In this document: piece after piece, positions 25,615 to 40,788 of the stretch
How the letters are laid out: every line of letters begins with the position of its first letter
Numbering within the stretch: the first letter of the stretch is position 1
Source: Octopus sinensis
Taxonomy: Eukaryota
Direction of reading: 5' to 3'
DNA: 64,000 nucleotides
Assembly (NCBI RefSeq): GCF_006345805.1
Contig: NC_043013.1
Location: forward strand, 21,948,001-22,012,000
Made by a program: the position numbers and the translations under genes
The notes under the pieces: model-generated
What the model saw: only the letters and a program-made list of their open reading frames with translations
Database searches by the model: none
Told to the model about the DNA's origin: nothing

Positions 25615-27133
25615 CTGCAACGAAAATTTTGTAAAAAATTTCCTATTTCATATTATTTTGTAAAAAAATTTCATATTTCATATTCGCGTTTAACATTAAT
25701 TTACAAACAATAAAGATGAAAGGAATAAGAAAGAAAAGTGCTACAAGCATAATTCAGTAACAAATACGGCGATGACCACCACTACATCACCATAAAATTA
25801 TCCATTGAAATAATGAAGGAATGCGATAAATTGGAGAGGGATAGAAAGAGAGGGAACAGAAGAGAGAGGGATAGGAGGAGTGAGGGTGAGATAAAAAAAG
25901 AGAGGAGCAGAAATAGAAAAAGGGAGAGATGAAGAAATAAAAAAAAAATTCTATTAGTTTCAAACGAGATAGGAAGCCTCAGTATTTCTTGGAATAGAAC
26001 ATTCTAGACACTTCAGAGGCTTTAGTGAAAGTATTACGTATATTAAGAGCGGGATAAAGAGTGAATGTAGTGAACCAAGAAGAATATTTAATTAATTGAA
26101 ATTATGCATGTAATGAAGAGGGGGGAAATTATCTGATTAAATGATGACCGTTGTTAAGAGATGGAAGGGAGAGAAATTCTGAAATTGAAATTGATTAAAA
26201 ATAATGTAGAGGTAAGCAGTGGGGAACGAACCTAATTTTTAGTAGGTTTTGGGTTAAATCCGGACATGTTTTCGTCTTATCAGACATCCGCAGCGAAATG
26301 TAGCCTAATACGTACTTATTGGAGAACTTTTTAGGACTGACTTCTGTATGCGGAACATAGATTATACAACGAAAAACATAATGAGAGAGTTGACCACATC
26401 CTTTCCGGTGATCCGTTCCTTTGCCAAGACCAATAATGTTCCCAGACAGGAATATATGTCCATGGATCGCAATTTGAAGAAAAGAACGGATAAGAAATGA
26501 TAAAACATCAAACAGAATCCATTATAACGACCCGACCACAATTAACTGCGGAATGACAGATAAAGACATCAAGGAGAACTGTGCAAAAATAATTTGCCAA
26601 GGAATGAAACAATGATATCTGTACTCTGATTGATATTTCAATTATTTTGTTGTTGAAGCATTTCCAGTGAGAGGGGTAGAAACTGCAAATGTTCAAGTTT
26701 CATGAATTTAAAATGATCAGGAAGCATGTATGAATATGAAAACGCTATCAATAATAATTGAATCACAAGGTATGATAAAAATATGAAGAAAATCGTAAAT
26801 CCCATGTCAACGTTATTCTCCATCCAAAAGATAATCCAACTAAACTCGGCCCACATCGTACGCAAGCCACTTTCAATTTAGTCGTCCATCTCAAATTTTT
26901 CCATTCTCTGCATGCAAAACATTCCATATATAATCACTGGCCAATAAAATGTTTATATTTTACACAACACACACTGCAAACAATCACAACGAAACAATGT
27001 ATCACAACACATTCTCTAGACTTTAACTGATCCAATAAAATATACAAAATATATTCATATATTTGCAAGAAAATGAAATTTGAATTAAAACTCTCAAAGG
27101 AAATACATCCAAAGGTATATTCATTTATGCATA

Positions 27134-27190
<57 letters not shown>

Positions 27191-27209
27191 TAGATAGATA
27201 GATAGATAT

Positions 27210-30200
27210 GTTTCTTTATTAGCCACACAGGGCTGCACACAGATAGAACAAATTACAAGGTAGAGCTTTTCTTTTGAAGGTTTAAAAAAAAAAAGGAAGG
27301 GGGAGTTTCGATCAAAAGGGATCGTAAAAGGAGAGAAAGAGGACAAAAAAAGGGGGGTTAAAAAAAGGGGGAGAGCAAAAAAAAATAAAAAATTTATCAA
27401 TAGGGATCGTTATCACAGTAATGTCAATATGAAGTGTAAAGGGGAGGACAGGTGAGGTTTACCCGTGGAAAGAAAAGCCTACAGAAAAGACCACGGTAAC
27501 CTCGGTCAATGGAGTCACATGTTATATTTCTTTTTTTTTTTTTTTTTGCGAATAAGCAACTCTCTGTTTTCAATTTCTGGGTTCATAGGATCATGCTCAA
27601 GGTGGCTTCGTCATTCATACGTGCCATTCTTGCTACATTCACCCATCTTTTTTTAAAACATTCGCTAGACAAAACTTGCCTCTCTACTCTCACTTTCCTT
27701 TTCAAGTGGTACTTGAAGAAGTTGATGAGAGATTGACCAGAGAGGAAAGTGTTTGTCTCCAATCCTTTCAGACGCGTCCACCAGATACATTCTTTCGCCA
27801 TAGCCACAAGGATGATGAAAATAGCTCTTCCTTCCCGTTTGAAGGAAGGAGGCGTGACAATATTGACGATAGACTCAGCTGGTAAACCGACTCGTCCCAC
27901 ACGTGACAGCAGTTGTTCGACATAAGCCCACAGGTCGGAAATTGTTGGACACTGCACGAGTGCGTGCAGAACGGTTTCGTCGCTCTGACCGCATCTCGGG
28001 CAGGTCGGCCCCGTGTTTCTCGAGCCGTGTCTGTAGAGCTTATCCCGAACGGGTAGCGCTTCTCGGTAGCACTGCCAGGCCAGGGATCTCTGGAAGTTGT
28101 CCATGGGCCCTGGCCCGAAAGTCGTCCTGAACAGGCGGGTCAGGTACTCCTCGTCGACGTCCAGGTTCGCCCCGAGCTCGTCGTCGTACCTCCATTAAAC
28201 CCCTATAGAATGCTTTGGTTGTGTTGAAGTCACTCAAGGTCGACCCAGGACGGCAGAGTTGCTTGAGAGCAACGCGACACTCGCGGTGCCATTCGCCCTT
28301 CCTCGGCCTCTTTTTGATCCACGACTGCAGTTCGGTCATGGAGACGAGCTGCGGGAAAGCGTGCCTCACAAACAGCGACCACACCTGTTCACCGTCGTCT
28401 ACATAGAGCCAGAGATGTCGCAGTCTCAGCGCGTGTCTGCGCATCATCAACCACGGCATGCCCAGCCCTCCTTTTAACGGGTGTTGACAGCAAATGGATC
28501 GCCTGACCATCGGGACGCATCCTTTCCACAAGAAGCGAAAGAGAATGCGTTGTAGTTTGGTGATGGTAGGGTCGGGACAAGGTACGACGGTCAGGCGGTA
28601 GTAGATGACGGACGCGATGTACGTGTTCGCCACCTCCGCCCGACCTTTTAGGGACAGTTTCCTCTCGGCCCATTGCCGGGCGAGAGTGACCACCCTACTC
28701 GTTATCTTGTTCCAGTTCTTCTCCACTTGGAGGTCCGGACCAAACCAGACCCCGAGCAACTCAACCGGGCCGTCGGTCCAGCGTCCCACGACGGAGGCGC
28801 TGGTGGACGGCATGGGCTTGCTTCTCCAGGTGCCTAGTCGCAAGCCCACTGACTTTTCCCGGTTGATTTTCGCTCCTGTCACCGCTTCGTAGTTTTTCAG
28901 TGTCTCGCCGACCTGCTCGATGTGCTCGTGGCTAGACACTATGACGGTGACGTCGTCCGCGTATGCAGACACGCTCGTCCCGCATCCCAGTTCTCGCGTG
29001 ATGTCTCTCAAGGTTGCCAGCTTCCGCAATAATGGCTCGAGAGTCAATACGTATAGAAGCGCCGAGAGGGGGCATCCCTGACGGACCGAACGTGCGATGT
29101 CGAAGGGTCTCGATAGATGTCCATTCACGCGAATTACCGAACGGATGCCTCTGTACAAGGCGGCTATCCAGCCGCGGAAGACGGGACCGAAGCCAGCCGC
29201 TCCGAGGACCGCCTCCAAGTATCGATGGTCTACCCTATCGAAAGCTTTCGATTGATCCAAATTGATCAGCGCCCCACCCATGCCAGGTTCGTTAACTACC
29301 CTGTTTATGATGTAGCGCATCAGGTGGAGGTTGTCATGGATGGTCCGGCCTGGCACGGCGCATGTTTGCGCCTTGTCGACCAGTTTCTCGATGACAAGCG
29401 CCAACCTCTTGGCTAGCACCTTGGCCAAAATTTTCAAGTCTGCATTAAGCAGAGTGATGGGCCTAAAGTTATCTATTACATTTCCCTTGTTTAGATCTTT
29501 CTTCAGCAGTGTTACGGCTCCTCGGCTCACAAAACCAGGAATGCTCCCGTTTTGCTGCCAGTTGCAGTACACCGCCGCCAAGAGATTTCCAAACAAGTCT
29601 GGCATACAATTGTAAAGCTCGTAGGGTAGACCATCCAAACCCGGTGATTTGTCCCTCGAGCATTCTGCCATCGCTTCCTGCACTTCCGCCGTCGTGATGG
29701 CACCTTCGCAGCACCCTGCCTTTCTTGTCGAGAGTCGTGGTAGGCTATGTAGGTAGGCACTGAAGTCCACCCTACGTTCTTGCCCTCCACTCGTTCCGAA
29801 CAGTCGGGTAAAATGCTGCTGAAAGGCCTCACACATTTTACTTGGCTCGAGCAATTCGCGCCCCTGTTCATCTACCAGGGACCGAATGGTGGCTTTGTTG
29901 CCCTGTTGCGCCTCTGCCACCCGGGCCTCTCTCGCGGCTCCAACACCTTCGTTCCTTAGAGCACGCATCCTAGCTCTGACAGCACATCCTTCGTGTTTGG
30001 CGTTGAAGTGTTGGTCGAGGGCCAACCTCGCCGCCAAAACGTCGGATGCGATGCCGCTTCTAATTGCCTCTTCTAGCTTCTTAACTAGCTCACCATCTAC
30101 TCTATTTCTATCTATGGCTAGTGCGTTGCTGTACCTAATCGCTTCTGCTTTTACTGCTCTCTTGAGGGCAAACCACCATTTGTTGTTGATGATGGCTCCC

Positions 30201-30322
30201 GTCAAAGCCCTCTTTACTAGTGTGCTAATCCGGTCTCTGAAAACCTGTCTCGATGGGAAAGACGCGTTTAGTTTCCAGTATCCGGGACCCTGCCTAAGTG
30301 TCTTACCTAAGTCTAGCGTACA
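27210..30322 (-). mobile_element. Young 5'-truncated Tx1-clade LINE inserted in (GATA)n/(GACA)n microsatellite
   Basis: 721-aa ORF with complete RT (RQGCPLS, YADD), continuing after one frameshift into 27583..28104. 3' end gcagccctgtgtggctaataaagaaac. Tetranucleotide repeats flank both ends. Confidence 0.92.
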
Positions 30323-30697
<375 letters not shown>

Positions 30698-32930
30698 ATT
30701 AGACCAATCCAAAGCGTTCAATAGGGTAGACCATTAATATCTGGTGGCGGTCCTCGCGGTGGCTGGCTTCGGCCCGACCTCCCTTGGATAGATCACCGCT
30801 TTATACAGCGACATCGAATCGGTAGTTCGGGTAAACGGTTTCTTTTCGGAGCCGCTCTGCATTGAACGATCGATACATCAATGGTGCTCTCTCTCTCCGC
30901 TTCTCTATGTCTTGGCCCTCGAGCCATTGCTGAGGAAGTTAGAGGCTCTGCAAGATCTAGGGTGTAGAAAGTCAACTTTGGCATACGCGGACGACACCAC
31001 TGTCATCGTATCTCGGATCGAGCATCTACAGCAGATAGGTGAGGCCTTAAGAGATTACGAAGCGGTGGCAGCGGCGAAACTTAACCGGGATAAATCGTTC
31101 GGCTTGCAAATCGGCACCTGAAGGGGCAAGTCGATGCTTTCCGACAGCGTCGTGGGACGTTGAACAGAGGGGCCGGTGAAAAAGCTTGGAGTCTGGTTTG
31201 GTCCAGATCTCTAGATAGAGAAAAATTGGAGCGAGGTGCGAGCAAGGTGGCTCTCCTAATTCAGACCTGGTCTGAGCGGAGGCTGTCCTTGAAAGGGAGG
31301 GCGAGGGTTGCAGAGGTGTTTATTACCTCTGTAATCACTTACCACCTGACCGTCGTGCCATGTCCCGATTCGTGGTTAAACAAGATGGAACACATGCTCT
31401 TCCGCTTCTTGTGAAGGGGCAGCAGATCTCTTGTAAGGCACTCAATCTGCTGTCAAAAGCCGCTGAAGGGTAGGCTCGGGATGCCGTTGCTAAAAATGCG
31501 CAGACATGCGCTGAAGCTTAGGCACCCCTGGTTTTTCCTGGACGGTGAGCAGGTGTAGCTTCCGTTCGTCAAGCTGGTATTTCCATAGTTCACATCTTTT
31601 ACTGAACTGGACCCATGGATCAAGCGTAGAACGAGGTTGGGTGCGTGGCAAGCAGAGTGCCATCAGGCACTCGTGTTTCTCTCCCAATCGGACAACGCCG
31701 GAAGCAGGGGTACTACCTCGTCTTTCTTATTGAGGGTTAGTAGAGTTCAAGTGTGACGACGTCCTGGGAATCCTAGGCTTCGACGAAGACCGACTCGCCA
31801 AACTATTCCGAAGAGCCTTCGGGCCAGGACCTATGGATAATTACTAAAAGTCTCTGGCTTGGAAATGTTAAAGAGGAGCTTTACCGGTTCGAAATAAGCT
31901 CTTTAAACACGGGTGTGCGCCTTCGCCGGTTTATGCAAGATGCGAGCAGGACAGTGAAACTGACCTGCACGCGATTGTGCAATGCCCCAAGGTGACTGAG
32001 CTCTGGGCTTATGTCGAACACCTACTGTCGTATTCGAGAAGAGTACAACTGTCGAACGAATCTGTAATTAAGATCATTCCGCTGCCCTCCCTGAATAGGG
32101 AGGAGCGAGCTTGTTTTCTCTCGGTAGTTGCTGTTGTGAAAGAGGTAGTATGGAAGACGAGAGTGAAAGGAATTGCGACAGACATTTTCGTCTCAAGCCT
32201 AGGCTTAGTCAACTGCTTCCATTTCCACAAGGAAAGGAAAATAAGGCTGGAAAAGAAATGCCTGTTGCAAAGTGTGTCGCGTAAGAGATGGAAGTCAGTA
32301 GCAAGTATGTTGCGAGTGAAAGATCCTGCTTAAGCGAGGACAAAAAAAGGGAAAAACAAAGTCTTCAGGGTGAGGGTGTCGACCGCATCCTCCGCTTCAT
32401 TTTTTGTTAATCATTCATTCTCATTTAATTACTCTTTTACTTGTTTCAGTCATTTGACTGCAGCCATGCTGGAGCACCACCTTTAGTCGAACAACTCGAC
32501 CCCGAGATTTATTCTTTGTAAGCCCGGTCTCTTTCGCCGAACCGCTAAGTGACGGGGACATAAACACACCAGCATCGGTTGTCAAGCAATGCTAGGGGGA
32601 CAAACACAGACACACAAACACACACGCACACACATAGATATATACATATATACGACGGGCTTCTTTCAGATTCCGTCTACCAAATCCACTCACAAGGCTT
32701 TGGTCGGCCCGAGGCTATAGTAGAAGACACTTGCCCAAGGTGCCATGCGGTGGGACTGAATCCGGAACCATGTAATTGGTAAGCAAGCTACTTACCACAC
32801 AGCCACTCGTATATATTTAAATTTTCTATTCATACGTTTCGTTCCATTCGATCCCCTGACCCCAAATATTGTTTTGTCTCCTCCTATCGTCTCCTCTTTT
32901 TCTTAACCTTATATGGTGAATAAAGAAATT
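30698..32930 (+). mobile_element. 5'-truncated degenerate Tx1-clade LINE, interrupted by a SINE
   Basis: Starts LDQSKAF, then LEPLLRKL...YADD and C-terminal 31977..32333. 3' end ggtgaataaagaaatt. Confidence 0.85.
32428..32808 (-). mobile_element. Second tRNA-derived SINE family containing (CA)n; further partial copies at ~34320-34555, ~36010-36420, ~42470-42680 and ~45860-46110
   Basis: tRNA-like head gagtggctgtgtggtaagtagcttgc...ggattcagtccc. Shared body/tail (gctccagcatggctgcag...gaaacaagtaaaaga) among the copies. Confidence 0.7.
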
Positions 32931-33282
32931 GACTGTTCACGAGTTCCTTCAACATTTGACGGGTCTTATTTTTTATCTAGCATGATGTCCAACACCCTCC
33001 ACACCAAGCACGCCTGGTGGGGTTGCCAGTTTAGTCGCCGACGGCCCCACCATGCGACAGGTTGTACTGGATGACATGATACCAGTAGAACTCAGGAGCG
33101 ACCTGATATAACGTACGTAATATACATAAATACATACTTAAATACATACATACATTACATACATACAAAACATATATATATATAAGTATATATACACATA
33201 ATACATTGATAACATACATAATACACACACACACACACACACATATATATATTTATATTAAATATAAATATTATATATATGT

Positions 33283-33340
<58 letters not shown>

Positions 33341-33424
33341 GCTTAAATAAAACATATTACTCTACCTCTGGTATGTTAGTACTTTTTTCCACCTTGTTTC
33401 ACATTTATGTGCTTTTTCCGGTAT

Positions 33425-33481
<57 letters not shown>

Positions 33482-33674
33482 ATATATATACAAATTAATT
33501 GTTATCGCCATATTAATATGGCATTCTTATAGATATAAGAATAATCGCTGCCAACAGTTAATTAATTGATAACAATTAATTTCCAGTAAACGCTGCCATA
33601 ATCTCTTTTATAGAGACTTAGTAATTTTAATATTTCTATCATATATATACATATATCTATCAATCTATCTATCA

Positions 33675-33730
<56 letters not shown>

Positions 33731-33771
33731 GTCTGTCTATCTATCTATCTATCTATCTATCTATATGTATG

Positions 33772-33840
<69 letters not shown>

Positions 33841-34807
33841 TACATACACGCATAACATACACACATGCACACATACATACATAATACAGTGAGAGAGACA
33901 GTGATGCAAATAAACAGGTTTGGTCTTGGTATATGAAATTAACAATCACACACACTGCCAAATGATGATGTTCACGCATTATATCTCGCTTTTTCAGGAC
34001 TAGATATTATCATATTATCAACCATCCATCCAGTGAGTTATGAGGCGCATAATCAATCCGACACGCGCTCATTGTTCTCAGACGGCATTGCTTCGATTTT
34101 CCCCTTTTGCTTCAAATACTAAAGTCACATTTTCCCCTTCATTTACGTTGAATGACAATAAAACTGGGGTTAATTTAGATAAATCTCTCTCTTACGAGAG
34201 GTTCTCTCATGGAATGTTACTCAGTATCCTGTGTTCTAACACAACATCTACTTTAAGGTATGAGACAGATATTACCTTTTGGTAGTTAGACAGCTTCTGT
34301 TGCTATTAATTACGTTAGACGTGTGTGTATGTGTGTGCGCGTGTGTGTATGGTTGTGTGCGAGTGGGGGTGCGCGCGTGTGCATGCGCGTGCGCCCCCCT
34401 CAACACCGTGTGACAACCAATGTTGGTGTGTTTAGAGACCGAATTTATAAGTATTGAGCTTGAAAAACGATAAATACTGCGATCAGTTCATGCTTCAAGG
34501 CGATGCCCCAGCATGGCCACACTCTAATGAATGGAACAAGTAAAAGATAAAAGAACAAATAATTTCCAAAGAAATTTCATATTTTTGCAGTTTTCTTCCA
34601 GGATTCCAACAATTTTATCATTTTGGAAATGATTGTGAAATTCCTTCGTGTAGCGCTAGTTTTGTACAGAATCACTTTATAGAGAAAACATCGTATTTAT
34701 ACACAATCACTAAATATTATTATGGAACACATTAAAACTGCCATTGAGTGTGATTTTGAAAGAAAACTGGGAATGCGTGGAGAGAAATGTAAGAATATTT
34801 AGCTTAC

Positions 34808-34844
34808 CAAAAATGGAGGACAACCTGCGAAATAGTTTGAGCAT
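34808..34844 (-). CDS. PAN/apple-domain protein exon 1 (start of signal peptide)
   Basis: caaaATGCTCAAACTATTTCGCAGGTTGTCCTCCATTTTTG|gtaagc, phase 1. Splicing to exon 2 gives MLKLFRRLSSIFVLFYISLTFGNG, a typical signal peptide. The join is inferred, with no transcript evidence. Confidence 0.65.
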
Positions 34845-34943
34845 TTTGAAACGTTGAAAGTCTTGAAACTGCAGAGCGAACCGTTGAGTGTTGAGTGCCT
34901 GAGAGGAAATTGTAAAAATATATTCTCTCGACATCGCCGTCTG

Positions 34944-34978
34944 TTTATATTGGTCTGAAGGATATTTGTTTTGCGTCA
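34944..34978 (-). promoter_or_regulatory. Candidate core promoter of the PAN gene
   Basis: TATAAA at 34949-34944, ~100 nt upstream of the ATG, with TGACGCAA ~25 nt further upstream. Confidence 0.4.
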
Positions 34979-35454
34979 TTGGTGGGGAGTAGGACCTCAT
35001 CATCATCATCATCATCATCATCACTAGTTGTAGTGGTAGTTATAGTAGTAGTAAGAGTAGCAGCGGTTTCTCAATCACTATGAAGACGATGGTGATTCAA
35101 ATAGGTACGATGATGATGATGATCATGTTGATAGTGATGATGATAATGGTGGTAGATCATTATTATTCTTTTTTTGTAACTCCCACACATTCACACAAGG
35201 TGACCAAAATGACAGCAGCAGCATCAACAACAACAACAACAACAACAACAACTATTACTAGTCTTATTATTATTGTTATTATTAATATTATTATTATTAT
35301 CATTATTGTTGTTGTTGTTGTTATATCTTCTTCCGTTGTTAGTATACACTCCTGTTTATCAAATTCCATCAATTATTTCTCTAACAATCATGAAACGTGA
35401 ACTTGGTAAACAACAGATGTGATGCATTGGAGCTCTTGTTATTTAGTAACGATA

Positions 35455-35670
35455 AGTCGGTGAGCTGGCAAAATCGTTAGCCCGCCGGACGGAAAGCGTA
35501 GCGGTGTTTACCCCGTCGCTACGTTCTGAGTTCAAATTCCACCGATGTCGACTTTACTTTTCATCCCTTCCGCGTCGATAAATTAAGTATCAGATGAATA
35601 CTGAGTTCCATGTAATCGACTAGCCCACACCCCACAAATCTAAGCCCTTGTGCCTCCAGGAGAAAGGATT
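35455..35670 (+). mobile_element. tRNA-derived SINE monomer (related to the 14242 family)
   Basis: ggtgagctggcaaaatcgttagc...gttctgagttcaaattcc...gtcgactttacttttcatcc. A similar copy lies at ~45630-45808 on the minus strand. Confidence 0.75.
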
Positions 35671-36369
35671 ACTCAATGTCGATGTTACTCTAAAAATCGA
35701 CTCCTTTCATTGGTTTTATATAAAGTAGACGGTCGAGGTGAACCGGAGTAATGAAAACACAATGATAACAAGGTTATCAAGATTCTCTATGAAGACAAAT
35801 TTTAAACGGCGACATTCCGGTATCTGAGTCTTGCTCATTCCTCTTTTAATATTCTCTTTAAAGATACTTTGGTGTGAATTAAAAGAAATTGGCAGCTATT
35901 TCTAGCCAGTCAAATTAGGAAACCTTTACGAACATGTTATCACTGTGTTATCAAAACTCCAGTTTAAATCCAAAGAAAGGCATTCCAGTGATGGCTATAA
36001 GAGGATTCCTTTTTTAGTATGGCTATGAGATAAGAGATTTGCTTCCCGACCACATGGTTTCGATTTCGATTCCTGTTTCGGCACCACTGCGTGGTACCTT
36101 GGGTAAGCATCTTGTATTATAAGTGTCGGGCCAACCAAAACTTTGTGAGTGAATTTGCAGCACGAACCCAAGAGAAAACGGTTGTATGCATATATATATA
36201 TTATATAGTCACAATGAGGATATTCAAACCTCTTATAAGGATATTTATCCAAGATACACTGGTTTCATATATTAAATTTAAAATCGTTTCATATCAAACA
36301 TTTTTATTGGGTGAATAAACCATGTGAGTGGATTTGGTGGAAGGAAAGTAAAAGAAGCCCATCGTATAA

Positions 36370-36423
<54 letters not shown>

Positions 36424-36429
36424 TGGTTG

Positions 36430-38800
36430 TGTACTCCTTATACAGAGTTTGACCACCTCCTGTACCTACAGCTTAGCACCATCATGGCGTCTGATGTAGC
36501 TTTTTAAACCAGACAATGTTCTTGAAAGAGACCCACATAGGTTGCACCTCTGATTTGGACCACCAATACCTACAGATAAGTTCTGCTATTTGTGAGTCTT
36601 ATCATGTCTTTTGAGGCCTCCGTTGGAGTTGCAAACCATCTGGCATACACTGCATTCAAAGTTGTGCACAGACATATAGGCAGAATAGTTGGTGGAGGTT
36701 CGTTTTCCAAAGGTTCACAAATGAGATTTGATGCCAGCCAAAGACAGGCATGGTCTGTCACAGATTGTACACACAAAAAAGGTCATTGTCATTCACCTTC
36801 TCGATCATTACATTCTTCTTTAGATCTCTTTTGATTCTTACTTGCGTTATCCTGGCCTCTTGAAATGATTTTACTCCACTCCACACTTTTGTTCGCCATC
36901 CAGCTCGATCCAAAGCAAGGGTTTCTATATCTTTTGGAACTATTCCAAGTGACTTCATAGTAATCCTTATGTCGTCCTTAAACCTTTTTTTAGGTTTACG
37001 CCGATAGCGTTTCCCCTCTGCAAGGTCGACATAAAACAAATATTTCGGCATACGTTCATCTGCCATTCGAACAATATGGCCACACCATCTCATTTGGTTC
37101 CTCAAAACCATAGCTTTAATTGAGATGATACATGCAGATGCAAGGACATCTTTGTTTGGAGTAAAAGAATTCCATTTAATGCTTCGCTGGCACCAAACGC
37201 GCGACTCTAAGCCACCAAATGCTTTTGATACCCTTTGAATTCACAGATGTATTTTTGTATCAAAGTTTTCAGAATTTTGAACAGAGCTTCCAAGTTAGAA
37301 GGACGAATCGATAACCTCAAGTAACTTACCCTTAACAAAATTTTTAGTGGGGTTAGTACCACACGCAGGTTGATGCATTACGACCGTTTTGTTTCAAGTT
37401 GATGGTCAAGCGAAAGTCATCACAAGCTGAGTCAAATGCAGATACAAGAGATTGCAGACCTGATTCAGAATGACAGACAAGATCGCAATCATCAGCAAAG
37501 AAAAGTTCCCTAATGGGTGAAGTAAAAAACCTTCGTTTTAAATTTCAGTCTGGTCAGATTAAAAACATTTCCTGTGGTTCGATATTTTATGTAAATATTT
37601 TCCTCGGAGTTTTGAAAAGCATGTGACAACACAACAGCAAAGTATATTACAAAGAGGGTGGGTGTATCAAGGTCTCCATGCTTTACTCCATTTTCCACGG
37701 CAAAAGATTCAGAGAGCCTACCACCAAAATTATATCTAGCTTTCATATCTTGATGCAAAGCCCTGATAATGTTTACAAATTATTCTGGACAACATATTTT
37801 CTTTAGAATTAGCCTCAGAACATTTCGATTATCAGTATCGAATGCGTTTCTCAAATGAACAAAGCAATGGTATAGAGCAAGATTCTGTTCAATGCTCTTT
37901 TCTTGTAATTGTCTGACAATAAAGATACAATCAGCTGTGCCTCTGCAGGAACGAAAACCACACTGAGACTCAGACACTATATTTGGAACTATAAAGGAAA
38001 TATAAAGGTATAAAGGTTGTAACAAAATGCAGGCAAGTACCTTTCCAACCACAGACAAAAGCGAAATCCCACGAAAATAACCGCACAGATCCTTTGGTCT
38101 CGATTTATACAAGGAGACTAAAATGGCATCAATCCAGTCTTGAGGCACTTTCTCAGTTCTCCAACAGTGACAAATTAATATATTTAAGAGTTCAAACATT
38201 CCCCCCCCCCATATCTCAAGACTTCTGTACAAATTCCATCAGACTCTGGAGACTTATTGTTATTCAGCTTATTCACAGCTAAAAAAATGTCATTTAGAAT
38301 TGTTTCAAATGCCATCTCTTCTCTAACTGGAAGGTGTTCAATTTTTTTCTATCGCCCTCATGTCAACGGATGGTGGTCTATTCAAAAGTACAGAAATTGT
38401 TCTACCCAACGCTTATGAATAGAAGCGGTCTCAGTCAAAAATAAACGTCCCTTTGTTGTTCTCACTAGAGCTATTGAGGAAGATTTTGGGTCATATACCT
38501 CCTTAACATAAGAGTACAAACCCTTGGGATCATTTCTATCAGCTACTTATTGTGCTCCTTTTGCTCTATCATTCCACCATTCTTGTTTAATTTCCCTCAG
38601 AGCAATCTGCACCCCCCCCCCTTTCAGCTTTCTGTAAGTTTCGTTTGACTTGGGTTTCAAGGACTGAGAAAGAAGTGTATTGCCTAAGTTTTGTTTTTCT
38701 AAAAGTAAATCATGAAATTCTGCTGATCTATCTGAGAACCAATCACTGGATTTATGAGATTTAAATTCCACCGATGAACTTGCAGCCTGAAATACTTTTG
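36430..38800 (-). mobile_element. Degenerate RTE-clade LINE
   Basis: VPQDWIDAILVSLYK, FRGISLLSVVGKV, ESQCGFR, VENGVKHG and RWCGHIVRMADERMPK...GKR...PKKRFKD. Confidence 0.85.
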
Positions 38801-38807
38801 TTTTGAA

Positions 38808-38873
<66 letters not shown>

Positions 38874-38896
38874 ATATGTATATGTATATATATATA

Positions 38897-38931
<35 letters not shown>

Positions 38932-39028
38932 ATATATATGTGTGTGTGTATATATTTATGTATGTACGTTTGTGTGTATGTGTGTGTAGGTAGATTGACA
39001 GATAGATAGATAGATAGATAGATAGATT

Positions 39029-39130
<102 letters not shown>

Positions 39131-40239
39131 ACATATCATATTAATATCAAGTATTTCATTATGTCTGACTTTATCTTTTGAACAATATAAATATCCTTTT
39201 TCTATCTCTAACAGATTATGTCGAATTGGTTCCTAAGTTACACCCTTAGATATAAAACAACAGAATAATACAGATAACGCCAAGTGTCGAAAAACAACAT
39301 TATCGATCGCGTCGTCACGTTTCAAACTCGTATTTATTTATTTACATTTTGAAGCCATTTCTTGTGATCATAGTTTTTATTTGTAAGTGTAGCCTGTATG
39401 CACCTGTTTATATTCACTTATTACCTTCTAAACATCATTGTTTGGATTTTGACAGAGAACTATTTGTCAACAAGCCTGTGGTTTGAGTCCTTGTGGGTTG
39501 GTTGCTTGAATTTTTTTATGTTCTGGACACCTTCCCTACAAACACGTGTCCTTGGCTCAAAGTTAGAAATCATTAAACTATTGAACGAATGCAAAAATAT
39601 GAAATTGATCGGCCGATGAATTATTAACATGCAAATAGGCAGGGCTTTTCCTTTTCATCTTACAATCATGTTTCAGTTTAAGATGTTCGATTTCGTTCAA
39701 GGATAGGCAGAATCAATAAAATGAGAGACAAAATCGCATCCAGTATTTAGTTACGATCCTTCCCATCTTAAGTTCATATCCCACTCAAATCAAAGTTGCT
39801 ATTTCATTCTTCCTCGAATTCACTTTAACATTCATTTAGAGGTCCTGAAATTTGAATGGAATTATTATGGAAGGCCAAGATATTTATCCAAAATCGGTTC
39901 TCAATTGGTGGTCATTTTATCAAAAATATTAAAGTCGTTGTATTCAGCTCCCTTCTCCTCTGTTCCTATTTAAATATACTTCAATATAAAATTATTTTTA
40001 GCAGGCGATAAATTGAATTTGATTGTTTTTTTTAACTCTTTCTGATTAATAACTTGAATCAAATATCTTATGGGGTTTCCCTGACCGGAAGTGAAGCAGA
40101 TGCTTTCATTTTTTCAGTCACGCATACATACTCTAGGTACAGACAAACATACGTGCATACACACATTCATATACAAGAATCCTTTTCTAATCTAGGAACA
40201 AGGCCCGAAATTTTGTGGTGGTGGTGGTGTTGGGGGGAA

Positions 40240-40778
40240 CAGTTCATTATATCGGCCACAGTGCGCAACTGGGACTTAATTTATCGACCAGGGAAGGATG
40301 AAAGGTAAAGTCGACCTCGGCGGAATTTGAACTCAGAACCCAACGGCAGACGAAATACCTATTTCTTTTCTACCCACAAGGGGCTAAACACAGAGAGGAC
40401 AGACAAGGACAGACAAACGGACGGATTAAGTCGATTATATCGACCCCAGTGCGTAACTGGTACTTGATTCATCGACCCCGAAATGATGAAAGACAAAGTC
40501 GACCTCAGCGGAATTTGAACTCAGAGCGTAACGGCAGACGAAATACCTATTTCTTTACTACCCACAAAGGGCTAAACACAGAGAGGACAAACAAGGACAG
40601 GCAAATGGATTAATTCGATTATATTGACCCCAGTGCATGACTAGTACTTATTTAATCGACCCCAAAAGGATGAAAGGCAAAGTCGACCTCGGCGGAATTT
40701 GAACTCAGAACGTTACGGCAGACGAAATACAGCTACGCATTTCGCCTGGCGTGCTAACGAATCTGCCGGCTCGCCGCC
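40240..40778 (-). mobile_element. SINE with one head and ~3 tandem tail units
   Basis: Head at ~40725-40778. Junctions cagacgaaatacctatttc at ~40350 and ~40540 match the junction in the 19431 array. Confidence 0.85.
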
Positions 40779-40788
40779 TTATTCATAT

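Larger units (their letters stand above)
8838..26042. repeat. Left arm of large inverted segmental duplication (partner 52957-64000+)
   Basis: Reverse-complement colinearity of the R4 fragment, PAN exons, old Tx1, SINE array, Dong, maT and introns. Inner junction ctttagtgaaagtattacgtat at ~26020-26042 vs ~52957-52979. The outer end is set by the window edge. Confidence 0.95.
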